Assembly: GCA_951406725.2 (NCBI GenBank) | Contig: OX597830.1 | Coordinates: 15,624,001-15,688,000, forward strand | Direction: 5' to 3' | Origin: Octopus vulgaris | Lineage: Eukaryota | Length of the DNA stretch: 64,000 bases | Shown: positions 38,438 to 52,900 of the stretch, in pieces | Position numbering within the stretch: position 1 is the first letter of the stretch | Layout of the letters: each line of letters begins with the position of its first letter | Notes under the pieces: generated by a model | Database searches by the model: none | What the model was told of the DNA's origin: nothing | What the model saw: the letters and a program-made list of their open reading frames with translations, nothing else | Translations under genes and position numbers: made by a program

Positions 38438-40859
38438 GTAGGCTTCTCCATTTGTTAACATCTTTTGTATTCTTGTTAATGTTTAATCGTTATTCTTCCA
38501 TTCTCACCGTTATTGGTGGTAGTGGTGGTAGTGGCAGTGGTGGTGGTGGTCTCTATTTACAGTGGTAATTCTTAACAAAGATATCATTTATCTTGTGTTA
38601 ATGATATTATTTAGAGAAATTAATAAATTAAATTCAAGATTTTTTGTAGTTGAGTTAATGTAGAAATGATTTTATTCAAATTCAATATGTGGGCCTTATT
38701 TCTACACCCTACTGAAACTAACAAATATCCATGGTTTTAATCTCTGAATCATAACATTAGCATCTTATCATAAATGTTTAACTTTTGAAATTTTAAAATA
38801 TTTTTTTATTAATGTTCGAAGTAATCAGAGGGCTAAAAAATATTACTGAAATATTCCAAGATTACTAAAACATTAGAATGGATGAAAAGTTGAACTCTTT
38901 TCTGCATTAGAAATTATGGTAGTGAAGACAAATCAAAAATTATTTTAATATCTTTACTTGTATTACTTTGTACTATTTTGGCCCAGTTTACTGCTTCCAA
39001 GGTAGAACCCTGATACCTATTTGGACATTTGACTAAACCATGCCATTTTCATCAAACCCAATGATACTGGCTTCAGTTGTAAAAAAAGCAACAAAAAAAA
39101 AAACAAACTCGGTTCTTAAGGTTTTGTGTTAATTCACAGAAACATAAAAATTCATTGACTTGAAATAATGTTTGAAAGTTAGGAAATTTCCTAAATCTCT
39201 TTTATAATTTGTTTTGAACTTAATTTCCTGAAGGAATATAATTATCAATTGTATTTTTGCAAAGTAAAAGGTAAAATTATTTAAAGTCTTCCAAATATTT
39301 TCAAATGAATTAAATCCTCTTCATCCATTCAACATAACACATTTACAATTTTTAAATTACAGTTATTTTAATTGTTGCCTTTGAAGTTATGATTATAAAA
39401 TATGTTTGATAATTCAGTTTCATTAGCTTTCATTTTTAACGCTGTCTTTTTAAAAAAAACCCAATTAGTTACAATGTAACTTAATAATAATACATATCTT
39501 AAAAAGAATTATGCTCTTTCCTGGGTAGCAAAATTCTAATTGATAATTTTTGTCTTTAAAAAATTTCATTGGCTCCTTGTGATGAAAGACCTTATCTACT
39601 GCTATGGAAACACAGTTTAAGAAGTACAACCGAGGATCTTTAATGTCGTGTCTTTCAAGAAATTTCACTGACCTATCAGAGCAGATCTTAATAAAACCTT
39701 TTAGAGGCTTCATTGTAAATGTCAGGGATCCACTGCCCAAATCATTGGTTCAATAACAAGGTTTTATGGCTGATCAGTTCTCTTATATTGGTTTAGTAAT
39801 ATGGTTTTATGACTGATCAATTGTCAATGCATGTAAACACACCTATTAAATGACTAAAACGTCTTGATATTATCCAAGTAAATGGCAGCTTGTGTGATAA
39901 TTTCAAATTTTAAAGTGTCTTTTGTTCTGTCTGATATCAAACTGTTTTTGGTGGAGAGATGTTATTATAATCCTTACATTATTCTGCTGGAATTTCATGT
40001 CATTTATTCATATAACTGCCAACATAAGATTCTTACCTTTTTGTGATTTGTCCACCTGCTATTTAGAGGACTTATCTTTTCTGTTTCACTTATCATTAAA
40101 GTCAACCTCCAGAACATGCCCCATCACAACATACACAAGAACTCTTGACCAAGATCTGTGTCACTACACTTGTTCCCTGAGGTTTGTGCATTTCAAAATG
40201 CCTAAAAAAGCCATTTCTTCAAAATCTAAAATAGACCCCCACACCTTGCAATACTGCTTTTGTCAAAGTACGCATCCAGCACCCTTTTAAAGGAGTTAAA
40301 AACTACAGTTGTCATCATCATTTCATTAACATTGTTACTATTAAAGTGTTACCATTCCCACTCCAAGAGGGTGTGGTACACTGGAGCAAGAAGTCAAAAG
40401 AAAATACAAAAGGAAAAAAAAATAAGAAACTTTTTACTTTTCCAAGTAGTTGATTTATCTTCAGGCTTCTTGCCAAAATAACATTCAATTCATTTTATTA
40501 ACATTGTGCACAAGTGCAATGAAAGTGGATTACATTGTCTCTTTCCTATCTCTCTCTCTCTCATGGAACATTCTTATCTACACATTCTACTAAAATGATC
40601 CTTTCAATTTAACTTCCTTCCAAACTTGCTAACACTGTCAAACTCTACCGTAACATCATATTTCTATATTGCATGTTGAAGACGTTTTATGTAAATTAAC
40701 AAACTGTTCTGAAGTTCTCAACACTCACCAAGCTATTCTAACAATCTTCCATGTTACATGGGAAAAATTCCATGCCAAACATACATATTCTCTTACAAAT
40801 TACCATCTTTTAACACTTATTTTACAAATCCAAATGATTATGGGGTAATAATAAGCTCC

Positions 40860-41070
40860 TAACTCATCTAGAAAACAATCTTGCTTCTCAGTGACCAACA
40901 GTATGCCTTTCGTTCAAACAGGTCAACCGGTGACCTACTGTTGTATATCACCTCCAAATGGCCCTCGACCACGAAGCATCATGGGGAAAGCAGAGCAGTT
41001 GCACTTGACATAAACAAGGGTTTTGATAAACTCCAATACCAAGATCTCAGCAAGGTATTCTCATGAAATC
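40860..41070 (+). mobile_element. Degenerate LINE reverse transcriptase fragment (CR1/Jockey-like)
   Basis: LLSDQQYAFRSNRSTGDLL...GESRAVALDINKGFDK matches the non-LTR RT motifs QYGFRxxRST and LDxxKAFD. The relic probably extends over about 40000-41650. Confidence 0.8.
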
Positions 41071-42845
41071 CAGCCAAACATCTGAAATTGGCAGGCTAAC
41101 TCTTGAGCCTAACCACTCTATGGTTAGCCATCAGCAATGTTCTTTCCAAAATCCTACCCATGCACTATAAGTTATCAACATCCTGCTCTTCTCTACCAAG
41201 GACTTTTATTCATTCTTCTGTTGAAAAAAAAAAAACTAATACATCTGTCTTCCTGCCATACTTCTATGCCAATCTTGAAAGGATTTATGTGCCACTGTTT
41301 GAAGCATGGATTCTAATTTCAAACTTTACTCAAAAATGGTGCTCCAGAAACTTTAATTCACTTAACCAACAACACAATCACTCCAATATGACAAGCAAGA
41401 AAGACAAGTATGATCTTTACATTTCCATGGTTAGCACGTCACTGAACATTTTCTTTTTCCAACTAACTTTTACCTATTGAGAAAACAGCATTTTGTTTCA
41501 TTAAGGTTGTATCTTAAAAAGCTGGTCTTCCTATCCATAGAAAGATACTTTCAACATTCAGCAAGCTGCCATTTCTTACACATAAAAAAACTTCAGCTCA
41601 GATTGCAAATGGAGCATTGCTCACATCTGGAGAAACTTATTAGCAGATATTTCTACACTGGCTTATCTTTAATTCTGTCTTTTCATATATATATATAAAA
41701 AAAAAAAAATGATAACAATAATCATAATAAATTCTAATAGGTGACTGGTTTTTGACAGTAATTTTTTTATTATTTAATGTTTCTGAAAACATTCAGAAAA
41801 AAACCTTTCACCAAATCTTTGAAATTCTTGCCAAGAATTTGGCATTAATTCAATATCGTCATTTCTTCCAATTTTATAATAAAAGTTGTCAAAAAATTGT
41901 CTTCTTAATTCTAGACTTTGTTTTAAAATTCTTTACAAATGTTTTAATTATTCTTATCGACTAACCATTCATTTTCAAGTATGAATCTGAAAACTATTTG
42001 CTCAGAAATGTAATATCTTCTAATATGTGCATGCCTAAGCTTGGTTTTTACAAATCTGATTTTTAAAAAAAATATATATCAAGTAAAATCCATGTTTTAC
42101 AAAAATACAACATCTTGACAGTAGTTTTAGCTAGGAATTCTTTGTTTTTATCTCAGAAGCTTTTATGATAATTGTCCATGTATCATTAAAATGCTCAATT
42201 ATTATTGCAAATTAAGCAAAATCATGAAATTCTCCCTTCATTGATGCCATTGGTTGTTTTCTTATTTCTATATGTCATACTTGGTCATTACACTAAATGG
42301 CATTCCAAGGAGATGTTTATTATGTTGAAAGATATGTAATGTAAGAATGTTGCCTAATGGTTTTGTAATAATGACCCTGACAAATAAAGTAAAACTACGC
42401 ATACATCCTTTCAATATGACTTCTAAATTAATCTCTACTTCTTTTTAAGAACTAGCTATTTTCCCAATATTTCAGTTAATTCTTCCCCAATGAAACTTAT
42501 TTTCACAAAGATTTCGGTCTTCTTTTGATTATAAATCTATATATGAAAATTTGTACCCTCTACAAAAAATTCTTTCCAAATTTACATCATAAACATTTCA
42601 AAATGTTTCCAATTCTCTGTACAGGGTTTGCTTTAAAAATATTCTTGAAGCATTACTTTAAGTCTAGTGAGAAAATTAATTACCCTCTTCTCTAGCAAAC
42701 CCCACTGTAAATTTAGCAATAGACCATTCTATTAGTGTTTAGCTTCAGCAGCTATCGCTACGCTAGTTTCCTCTTTCACAAACATATTGCAATGATTTGC
42801 ATTTCTTGAAGATGGTATTGGCAATTATTGAAATTTTCTGGTTAG

Positions 42846-42886
<41 letters not shown>

Positions 42887-43059
42887 TGATGTCTTCACGC
42901 CAAGGTCCTTTTCCCCACTTGCAAAATTTTATAAAGTTTGATTATTTTTTTTGTTAGAAGTAAAAATTTTTTGCTACTACTATTAGATTTTGTAAGTTGT
43001 GTAAAAATAGGGCACAGAACATTGGTGGTAATTTAAATTTCTTGTCAACCCCTTCTTAA

Positions 43060-43186
43060 TCATTATCATCATCATCATTGTTCGACCGTGGTCGAGACAA
43101 TGGAATTTACCATGCTACGCCAGACTTCACGGTCCATCATAGCATTATGGAGATCCTGTTGCTGGATGCCTGTATCCCTGGATAAG
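43060..43186 (-). mobile_element. RTE-clade LINE extreme 3' end
   Basis: Minus strand reads LSRDTGIQQQDLHNAMMDREVWRSMVNSIVSTTVEQ*, followed by a (TGA)n tail. Confidence 0.75.
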
Positions 43187-43929
43187 CGAGCTTAGTTCTC
43201 CCAATTATGTTATATATATAAAAAAAATATATATATATATTTCTCTCCCTAACTTATAGATTATGAAATTCTTTGATTTATGAAGATCACGTAGAGCTGT
43301 ATCTTTTTGTTTTCAGAAAGCTACATCTGTATTGCATGGCTTCTATCTTTATTTTACTTTTTGCTAGTTCTGCTTTGATCCTCTTTAACACATTCTTGCA
43401 GAGTGAAAACAATCACTTTGAAATGTCTTCTTTAGACTAGCAACAATAATTTATCCATTCATTTTATTTATTTTTATTTTCATTTATTTATTTTTATTAT
43501 TATTTTTGTGACATCCAGAGGGACTCTGGCAGTATGGTTGGTATATATTGATGTTTACTTTCTTATTGTCTCTCTCCTTCTTAGCGTATATTGCTAAGAA
43601 AAAAAAATCTGACCAAAGTGAGAGAACTTGACTTGCCATCGCTTTACACTAACTGTCGGTATCCCCAGTGGTGGTCACTTGCTGGAAAGTAACAACATTA
43701 AGTCCTTTAAATGTCAGCACCAGCATTAATAAAATCTCTTCATAGATCTATAGTCATAGGCCAAACATCATCTGAACTACATGTACAATTCTGAGGCCAC
43801 TCTGACAATAATATATTGACACTGCATAATGATGTATTATTATTGTGTATTGCTCAGAACTTCACTCAGTGAAGTAGCTAGTTCTCCTCAGCTCGTATGA
43901 AAATATATTTAAAAAAATCTAACACCTAA

Positions 43930-44019
43930 CTTCTTCTTCTCTTCTTCTTCTTCTTCTTCTTCTTATTATTATTATTATTATTCTTATTATTATTATTATC
44001 ATCATTATTATTATCATCA

Positions 44020-44075
<56 letters not shown>

Positions 44076-44085
44076 GTTATTATTG
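43930..44085. repeat. (CTT)n-(ATT)n microsatellite
   Basis: Directly visible. Confidence 0.95.
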
Positions 44086-45185
44086 TTTGGTTGCTAATTC
44101 CATCTCTGTTATCTGCCTCAGACCCAAAGGATCAATTAAAACATTTTGTTAGAACGATACCCTAATTTAGTCATAATTTTGCCTTTAAGAACAGAAAGAC
44201 AAACATAAAAATGGAAATTCCTTTAAAAGCAATTGAATTTCCTGGGAGTTTATCAAGAAAATATTCAGTTTTACAATAATATTTTCAAAAATGACCCTTA
44301 TTGTTAGACTTCATTATTAATTCAATGGCATATTCCAGAGAATAGATATGTTCTAAGAATTTGTCTATATTTTTCTCTCTCCTATTCTTCCCCATTAATG
44401 TGTTGCAATGAGCGTTGCAAATATGTCATACTTCATAGTATTTGCACAGAATAATAATTTATATAATTATTTAGATTTTTATTGAGCTTTTCACATTTTT
44501 CTTTAAATTTAGGCTCTTGTCATCCCTCCTAGCATGCCCTCATTAACTGGACACAATAATATGGTTTTAATAAAAATTTCTGCATTGTTTAAATTCTTTT
44601 CCTTATCGTATGTTACTTTGCTATTTTTCCAATTCTTTGTACTTTTTTTTCTTCATAACATAATTTACCATATAAGACAAGTATTTTAAATTTTAAATAC
44701 ACAATCAATGAATGCATATTTAGACAAATAAGCTGGAACATTCTGGAGTGAATTCTTATTTCTTTCTCCTTTATTTTATTCAAAAAAGACTCAGTTTTTC
44801 TTCAGTGTGTCTGTCAGCTTTATTGAAAATGTGCAATGTTATAGAGTAGTACTGCATATAAGAGATGCATTTCCATAGTTGTGGCTGACTTTTAATGGAA
44901 AATCTGATACAAAAATGTCACAACTCATCAATATGAAAATGTTAAGTTTTTCAAAATCTAATTATAATTTAAGCCTTTTGAATGCTATTGAATTTAATAT
45001 ATAAAATAAATTATGTTGTAGCTGATAATTTTAAAATAGTTCCTTTTCTGAAGAAATTTTGATGTTTGTCTATTCATTAAATTTCTTTGCATTTAGATTA
45101 TGATGCTATTTGTTAATAAGATTTGTTGCAGTAGTATACTGAGAAACAAAAAAAAAAAAAAGAGATAATAATAATAATAACAATG

Positions 45186-45242
<57 letters not shown>

Positions 45243-46572
45243 TATATAAATTGTTGATAAAAACAAATCAAGAAAAATGGACTTTTTCTAATTCTTTTGT
45301 CTGATTTTGATAGTTAATAATTAATTCAGCTAATCAATTTTATCAGTATAGATTTGAAATATAAGCCAAAATAATTTCTCAAAATAGAATATTACCTTAA
45401 ACCTGATTTTATGCATTTCAGCTTAGCTAGTGGCTCATCATTTCACCTTTCAATATTGTACTTTTATTCCATGTTATTAGTGTGGAAATTAACTTTTTTA
45501 AATTAGTAATATACTAATGAGTTTGTTACTTTTTTGTTGTTTTTTTTTTTTGTTTTTTTCTCTCTTCTCTTCTGTCATGAACTGATTTATAATTTCATCC
45601 ATTATAAAACTAATACATCCATTGAGCAAATTTTTAGACTTTAACAAATCACAACCTTAATAAAACTGGCATATTTTAAACCCACTCAACTTTGTCGAAG
45701 CTCACTTACTGGTATGACAAGATCTTTTGTCAATATCGTTGATGACAAATATGTAGAGTTCCATTCTTAATTATGAAACATCATTGCACTCATAGTCACA
45801 ACTGTGATAAATATTTTGATGAACAAAATATTTTAAAATATTTTAGTTTTCTCATATTTTTATTTCAAGCATTTTTTTTTCTTTCTTTCTTTCTCTCTCT
45901 CTATTCACTCAATATTCGTCGTCATCATCAGCACCACGTGACTTAAATACACTTTCATTGATTTTTATGGAAACGTTGTTTAAATTATTGCTGAAAAAGA
46001 CATTCTTTTATGAAATATAAATTTTGTGTAATTTGCATGTTAATGAGGCCTTAGAATAGACAACTCACACACACACACACACACACAATGCTACATGAGA
46101 TTTACATATTGTTCGTTTTATTAGAGAAAGAGAGAAAAATTTACTTCAGTTATACACATACTGAACTGCTTATTACAGAAAGCTACAGAAAAAGAAACCA
46201 CAAAACCATATGTGTATTTGGTTATGTCATTCTGTGTTAGGAGTAAAAGTACATTTTTCTCTGTTTCACACGAAATTATTAATCTGACATCACCAACCAT
46301 TGAATCATTTATGTAGTCATATGTAAGAATGTATTAATTAATTACTGTTAGAAATTATCTTTTAAATGGAATTAACTCTACTACCACACTCCTAGCTGTA
46401 TTGCCACTACCACCCTGAATGAAGCTCCTTGTATTGTAATGTGTACAGTGCTTTGTATGTTTACTATGTAAATACGGTGAAGAGAACATGGTGACACCTG
46501 GAATGACCTCTGGGTCACTGAAATGTTGAATTAACTTTGAAAATGAAATCAGTTATAATTGTGATTACATAC

Positions 46573-46611
<39 letters not shown>

Positions 46612-46613
46612 TG

Positions 46614-46814
46614 CAGTATCTACTCACGTATAAGTCACACTCATGTATAAGTCACACTCATGTATAAGTTGCACCCCTCGTTTAATGTTAAGTCTTGGTC
46701 CGAAATTTTGTCCCTTGCATGGTTTTAAATTTGTCCCATGTGTAAGTCCATGCCCCAGTTTTTTCAATTAAAATCAAATACAGAATAGTGTGGCTTTTAT
46801 ACGAGTAGATACCG
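46614..46814. mobile_element. Tc1/mariner(pogo)-like MITE with 17-bp subterminal repeats
   Basis: TIR cagtatctactcacgtataag / tatacgagtagataccg. Three tandem actcaYgtataagt units at 46622-46672. Flanked by (CA)n and (TG)n. Confidence 0.65.
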
Positions 46815-47379
46815 TGTGTGTGTGTATATATGTGTGTTTATATTGTATGTTTCTGGATTGTCAAAGAGCATAGGGCACTTGGTACAAAGTATGATATGTA
46901 AACAAGATTCCAAAGAGTTTGAGTATCTAACGTAAATGTTCATTAACTGAATGTTTTATAGCAAATACTGTGTTTATAAGCAACCTTGGCATGTTAATGT
47001 CCTCAGTATTATTGGTTAAATATTGAAGGGCAGTCATAAAGAATGATAATGATGCAGTTGATTGTTTAACTCCAGCCCTGACCAAACAGATCACTGATCA
47101 GTGATATTCCACATGTGACCATCAATATTTTTATTTCAGGCAAAGTGTGTCATACTACATACAGTATGTCCTTTTTGTAACAGTTGGTTGATATTTGAGG
47201 AAGATTTAATTTCTATTTCTAGCAGGTCAGCTGACCATGCAGAGTGTTTCCTTTTGGGTTTGAGTTAAATGTTTATTTATTGTATGTGTGTGTGTGTGTG
47301 TGTGTGTGTGGTGTGCATGTGACCATGGATGTGAACTTGGACTATATTCCAATCATGAGATCAGCTCAACAAGGCTTAC

Positions 47380-47530
47380 CAGTGGTTCCCAATCATTCCA
47401 CTAGCAAGGACAACTTTTATGTAAATGAATCATTCTCTCACAGATCCCCCAAAACTTTCAAAACGTCTGTCTGCTCAGCAAATTTTGAACCCACCTCACC
47501 AATCTGCAGCACTGCCTTTGGGAACCACTG
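47380..47530. mobile_element. Short hAT-like MITE
   Basis: Perfect 13-bp TIR CAGTGGTTCCCAA/TTGGGAACCACTG. TSD not evident. Confidence 0.65.
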
Positions 47531-47560
47531 ATTTGTGCCATGAACTCATGTTTTGCTTAA

Positions 47561-47781
47561 CCCTTTAGAGTTCAGATTACTCTGTTAAATGTAATACTTT
47601 TTTCACTCAAATTATTTTGAATTAATCATTTATTATATTATAGTTTTGAGGTTTCAGTGACATGATTGTTTATTTTTAGAATGTCAATGTAAGTTAGGTG
47701 TGAGAGGCTAGATATGGCCAGTTTGAATATAAAACATGTAGAATATTTGGGCCAGATAGGGCCTGTTTAAACACTAAAGGG
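47561..47781 (-). mobile_element. piggyBac-like MITE family P2
   Basis: TTAA|CCCTTTAG...CTAAAGGG|TTAA, reverse complement of the 26554 copy. Confidence 0.85.
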
Positions 47782-48647
47782 TTAAAATCTGATTGCAAAT
47801 ATAGCAGTGTATGTTTGCTTCATCTACTTATTTTGTCTTGTGTATGTTCAGAGGTTGCAGATGATGAATGCAGCTATGGCACACAGAGATGGATTTAGTC
47901 AGTGTGTGGTGGTTTTAATTCCTTAGGGGTTTCATAACTGTTGGAACAATTATGGACCAGCAGAAATGCTAAAGTGAATACCTAAAAGCTTCCTTCTTTC
48001 CTCTGAGTTTAAATCCTACAAGGAATAGTACAATAGGTACCAGTAATAGAATGGGGTCATTTCTAACTCAACTTACACACTTCTCTACTAATTAGTGATA
48101 AGAGACATGTTAGGATTTGGATACCCAGTTCATAATTTGAGCGGGTTCGCTGGGTTTGACCCGATTGTTGCATTTGTTTACAGTAATGTTGCTTTGTGTG
48201 TTTCTAGAACAGACGGAGGAGATTAGAAAACTAAAGCTTATAATTTATTGATATTTTCTTCAGTTTTTAATATATCTGCATATTGACAAGTGGTTTGACA
48301 TATGTGAAATCTGTTTTGTAAAAGGAATTTAACACACACACACACACACATACATACATGTATATATTATATACATAATCCAAATTTATTGGACTACATG
48401 AATTGTATATGAACACTGATGGAAAATCACACATACACACACAGAGCAATGTTATAATTTGTTGCCCCAAGAAGTGATATGCAAACTTGAAATTGAAATT
48501 AAAATCAGTGATTAGAAATATTCTTGATTTAACCTAGAACCTTTGAGATTTATACATCTATCATTTATCACTGCATTTATTAACTAGACTGTCATGGTTT
48601 TTAACCCAAGTTCATTAAATTTTTTTTTGGTTTATTTACTGTTAAAT

Positions 48648-48841
48648 TACGGAGATGTACTCGCATAGCAAGTGATTTGATCTGAGATCGTGTGCTGGAA
48701 CGAAAACAATTGCAGCGTGGAAGGTGTTTGTAAGCCATTTAAGAAACACACAAAAGCCGTTCGATTCACTTCAACATTTAAGTTTAATTTGTCAAAATAT
48801 TTTCGGCGCTAAAATCTGTGACCTGTTCACTGACAAAACTA
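48648..48841 (-). mobile_element. About 194-bp retroelement-like insertion carrying the G3-C8 hammerhead motif
   Basis: Flanked by the 11-bp direct repeat TACTGTTAAAT (48637-48647 and 48842-48852), and CpG-richer than its flanks. Confidence 0.6.
48788..48837 (-). ncRNA. Hammerhead ribozyme-like motif with G3-C8 swapped core
   Basis: Minus strand: tttgtca-GTGAACA-ggtcacagattttagcgcc-GAAA-ata-TTT-tgacaaa. 7-bp helix I, palindromic AATATT helix III, weak helix II in this copy. Confidence 0.55.
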
Positions 48842-48939
48842 TACTGTTAAATATACTAGCAAAATTTATTACGTCAATCTTCATTTGACAGTAAAATTAA
48901 TGTAATACTTAGAACCTGTTTGGAACAGGATTGTTTCAA

Positions 48940-49604
48940 CCCTTAAACCCTTTTGTTACCAAACCGGCTCTGACTCTGTAGTACAAATGTCTTGTTTTTA
49001 TAAGTTTTGAATTAAAATCTTCCTCAAACCTTAGTCACAATTTATGTTCCTAACACTAGCTGAATGATAACTAAGTTATTTTACTAAATTCTTTGTTATA
49101 TTTAAAGTAATTGAAAGAAACACAGAGTATCTCAAAATAAATACAGTAACGAAAGGGTTAAGCATCTGAACTGACCATATCTAGCCCAAATATTCTACCT
49201 GTTTTTATGATCAAACTGGCTAACTTTAGCCCCCTACACCTACCCTACAATGACATTCTAAAAATAAACTATCACATCATTGAAATTTCAGAACTATGAG
49301 ATAATGCAGGATTAACCCTTTTGTTAACCATATTTCTGTTAACAACATATGCTGTCTTTGTTTCAATTAATTTTTGAAATAATGAAGTATTTAGAAACAA
49401 ATAACTTTCTTGTTATTAAGCTGAGGTTTGGAACAAATTAGCTTAAAATTTTCATGAAATATTATCATTTAGACCACTTTGAAACAGTAAGCTTATGTCA
49501 TAGAATCTGGGGTGATCTCAAGTGAATTGGTATCAAAAATGTTAATTCAAAATGGTGTGAATAAATAAGCGTTACATTTGCCAGAGTAGTCTGAATGCTA
49601 AGGG
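48940..49604 (+). mobile_element. piggyBac-like MITE P2 with two nested piggyBac-like MITEs (48948-49157 and 49316-49541)
   Basis: Removing both TTAA-flanked inserts restores a P2 sequence colinear with 26554-26774. Confidence 0.8.
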
Positions 49605-49742
49605 TTGGTGCTATTTTCATTATAATTGACTAAAGGAATTAAAAAATTTCTTCTTTATATATTTTGAAACAATGAAAACCATTGATAAATTTCAAAATAT
49701 TTGAGTTTGTTTTGCTACAATATTTTTAGAGATGTATTTTAA

Positions 49743-49961
49743 CCCTTTAGTGTTCAGATTATTCTATCAAACATAATGCTTATTGATTCCCATTGATTTG
49801 AATTAATCATGCATTATTTCATATCTTCAAGATCTTGATGGTGTAATTACTTAATGTAGAATAACATTGTAAGGTAGATGTGAGGACCTGGATCTGGTCA
49901 GTTTGAACATAAAACAGATTAAATATTTTGGCCGGATATGGCCAGTTTAAATACTAATGGG
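49743..49961 (-). mobile_element. piggyBac-like MITE family P2
   Basis: TTAA|CCCTTTAG...ATGGG|TTAA. Confidence 0.85.
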
Positions 49962-51412
49962 TTAACGAAGTATGAATAGTTTAATATGTTCTTACTTGAT
50001 GAATCCCTTTATAATTATCTTCTACAAGTTGTTTCAATTTTTGAACATTAGTTATTGAAAGAAATGCAAAAACAAATTCTGGTTCCAAAGTGTGGAACAG
50101 AACATATATATTCACTTTATCCAGCCATGAGATTTACAAATAGATTAACCCCCAGGAAATGAAACCTACAAAGACCTCGCAATCAAAAACTAGACAGAAT
50201 CCTATTTTAGGAGATATAAACAAGATTAGGGATATTATCTTTGAACATTCTGTAATGCACACACATATGCATACACATACATACACGTATGCACACACAT
50301 ACATACATACAGACATACACGCATATATATTCACACACACATGCACACTCATATATACATAAAAATCTCAATAAAGAGAAATATAATTATTCTTGAAGAA
50401 ATTGGCTCAGTTTTCCTCTTAGTACAAACATAGGAGCTAATAAACAGCAGATATTTTGGTTGTTTTATGATTTTTTTTTACTGGTTCCATTTTCTCAATT
50501 TAAAATACTTTATTTCCCCACCCGCCCCTATTACAGTTAAACAACAATTGCTGTGGAACCATTCTGACAGTAGATGACACAGTAGTATTATATGCTGTAT
50601 ACTTCACCACCAAAACTGATGATCACTTTATTATAAATTTTGCCATTTTCCTCCCTTGTTTCTTGATATTCATCTTCAATAATAATCCACTGTTCCATTT
50701 TACTGTAGAAGAATTTTGTTTTGACCTTAGGCTTTCATGATTTTCAAATCTTTATCTTTGAAAATGAAGCCTACATTATCACTTCTATTTGTGAAACTAC
50801 CATGTTTCCCAATCATTACTTTTCTAAGAAATCATATCTAACAACCCTTAACCATAGACAAGTGGCTGCTCTCTGCTGTGCAAGTGTTCTGAAGTGAAAG
50901 AAAGACTAAAAGAGAAGATTGTCAGAGAAAATCCAATGTGGAGTGCGTAAAGTAGTTTGATGTCAATTTGCCACCAGCTTATGCAACCAAGTTAGCATCT
51001 CTCTGGACCCACCTAGAAAGTTGATTAGGGGATTGGCTATATTTATTTAACAGTGTTAAGACAGCCCGGCTTAGCTTCTTGGAAATGGCATTCCCGTCAA
51101 GAGACAGTAATTTTCTGTTAGAGATATCCAGTTGAGCTGAATAAAGCTTGTATACTGCTAGTTCTGTTTTTACAAAACAGCCAAGATGCCAATACGGTAC
51201 TTAACAATCATAATAGCAATCATTGCAACAGTTAGATTTGATACAAGGTTCTTATCTTAATGCCTGGTTTGAATCAGATTGGATTTTGTGTTATAAACGA
51301 TTACACAATTATGTAGATGATGTCTAACTAACGTAAAAGATAGTTGGTTTTGAACTTCAATCTGGTTGAATTTATTAAAAGTGGAAAATGTTTACCTGTT
51401 ATTATATATAAA

Positions 51413-51547
51413 GGTGCAGGAGTGGCTGTGTGGTTCCGGGTTCAGTCCCACTGCGTAGCACCTTGGGCAAGTGTCTTCTGCTATAGCCTCGGGCCAACCA
51501 AAGCCTTGTGAGTGGATTTGGTAGACGGAAACTGAAAGAAGCCCGTC

Positions 51548-51620
<73 letters not shown>

Positions 51621-51834
51621 CGTGTATGTTTGTGTGTCTGTGTTTGTCTCACTAGCATTGCTTGACAACCGATGCTGGTGTGTTTATGTCCCCATCACTT
51701 AGCGGTTTGGCAAAAGAGACCGATAGAATAAGTACTGGGCTTACAAAAGAATAAGTCCCGGGGTCGAGTTGCTCGATTAAAGGCGGTGCTCCAGCATGGC
51801 CGCAGTCAAATGACTGGAGCACGTAAAAGAGTAA
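51413..51834 (+). mobile_element. SINE family A with head deletion and expanded (TA)n
   Basis: Lacks the ~28 bp between the two tggt motifs of the head. Otherwise family A. Confidence 0.88.
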
Positions 51835-52900
51835 ATGGGTATATAACATTATCCTGCCAGTAATCAATGTACTGAAAATGTCAATGCTATCAAAAATAAG
51901 AAAGCTACTTCAGTGCTGCAACTCTCCCACAATCCTGTTACAAGTACAGTCGAGATATATTTGTTAATGATGCTTCATTAAAATATGAACAATTATTTCA
52001 ACTGGCTGAAGAAGTAACAAGTACACCTGAACAGGAACTATGCATTAATGTGTATTTGTAAAACTACATTTACGCCGGTCTTTTTTTTTAACAACCAGAC
52101 TGCTTAATGATACACAACATATTTTCTTTTATATAGATTTTTATCTTATCTCTCTCTCTCTTAAAGCTCATCTATTTGCCAAACTTTAATGTATCAGTAC
52201 AAATTTTATAGCAAGATTAGGTTTCAGAGATATTTCAAAATATTTTTGACATAATGCTATTTGCATTTTTATTTTCTTTTGGTATATGAATTTTACATGG
52301 AATATTTTAATAAATCTTAAGTAATTTAACCCTTTATTGGCCATATGTGTTGCAAATATTGGAGATTTTGTAGGATTTTAATAAGATATTAATGTGATAT
52401 GTGGAGTAAACTGTGTGAGGCATGTTGATAATGGTTAAGGTTAGATCTAACAGTCTTTGTGTTTTTAAAAAACACATTATACATAAAAAGAGAAATTTAA
52501 TGTGTTTATTAATATACCTTAAAAAGTATTTCTGTACCAAAAAGTAAAATATAATTCGATAGTCTTCTTTGGAATAACCAAGGCAGTTGTTGTAAATATT
52601 GTGTATACTGAAGATGTAAAAAAGAAGTCTGTTGCAAGGCCTAAGCTGTAATGACTAAATCAAACCAAATAAGTTGGTGGAGCCAGGATTCATTTATAGT
52701 CTACAAAATGGTTGTTAAATCATTGTTTTTATTGGCTGGTGTCCAGCGTATTGAATGTTATTTCAAATAAGTGTTGTTGGGATATTGTTGAGCATCGCAG
52801 ACGCTATAATAGTGATATAACAACAGTGCCAAAGATAGTCAGCCACTCACCATTCTTATCGGGCTTGATTCTTAAGTAACAAAAGTCAAGAGATGTGATA

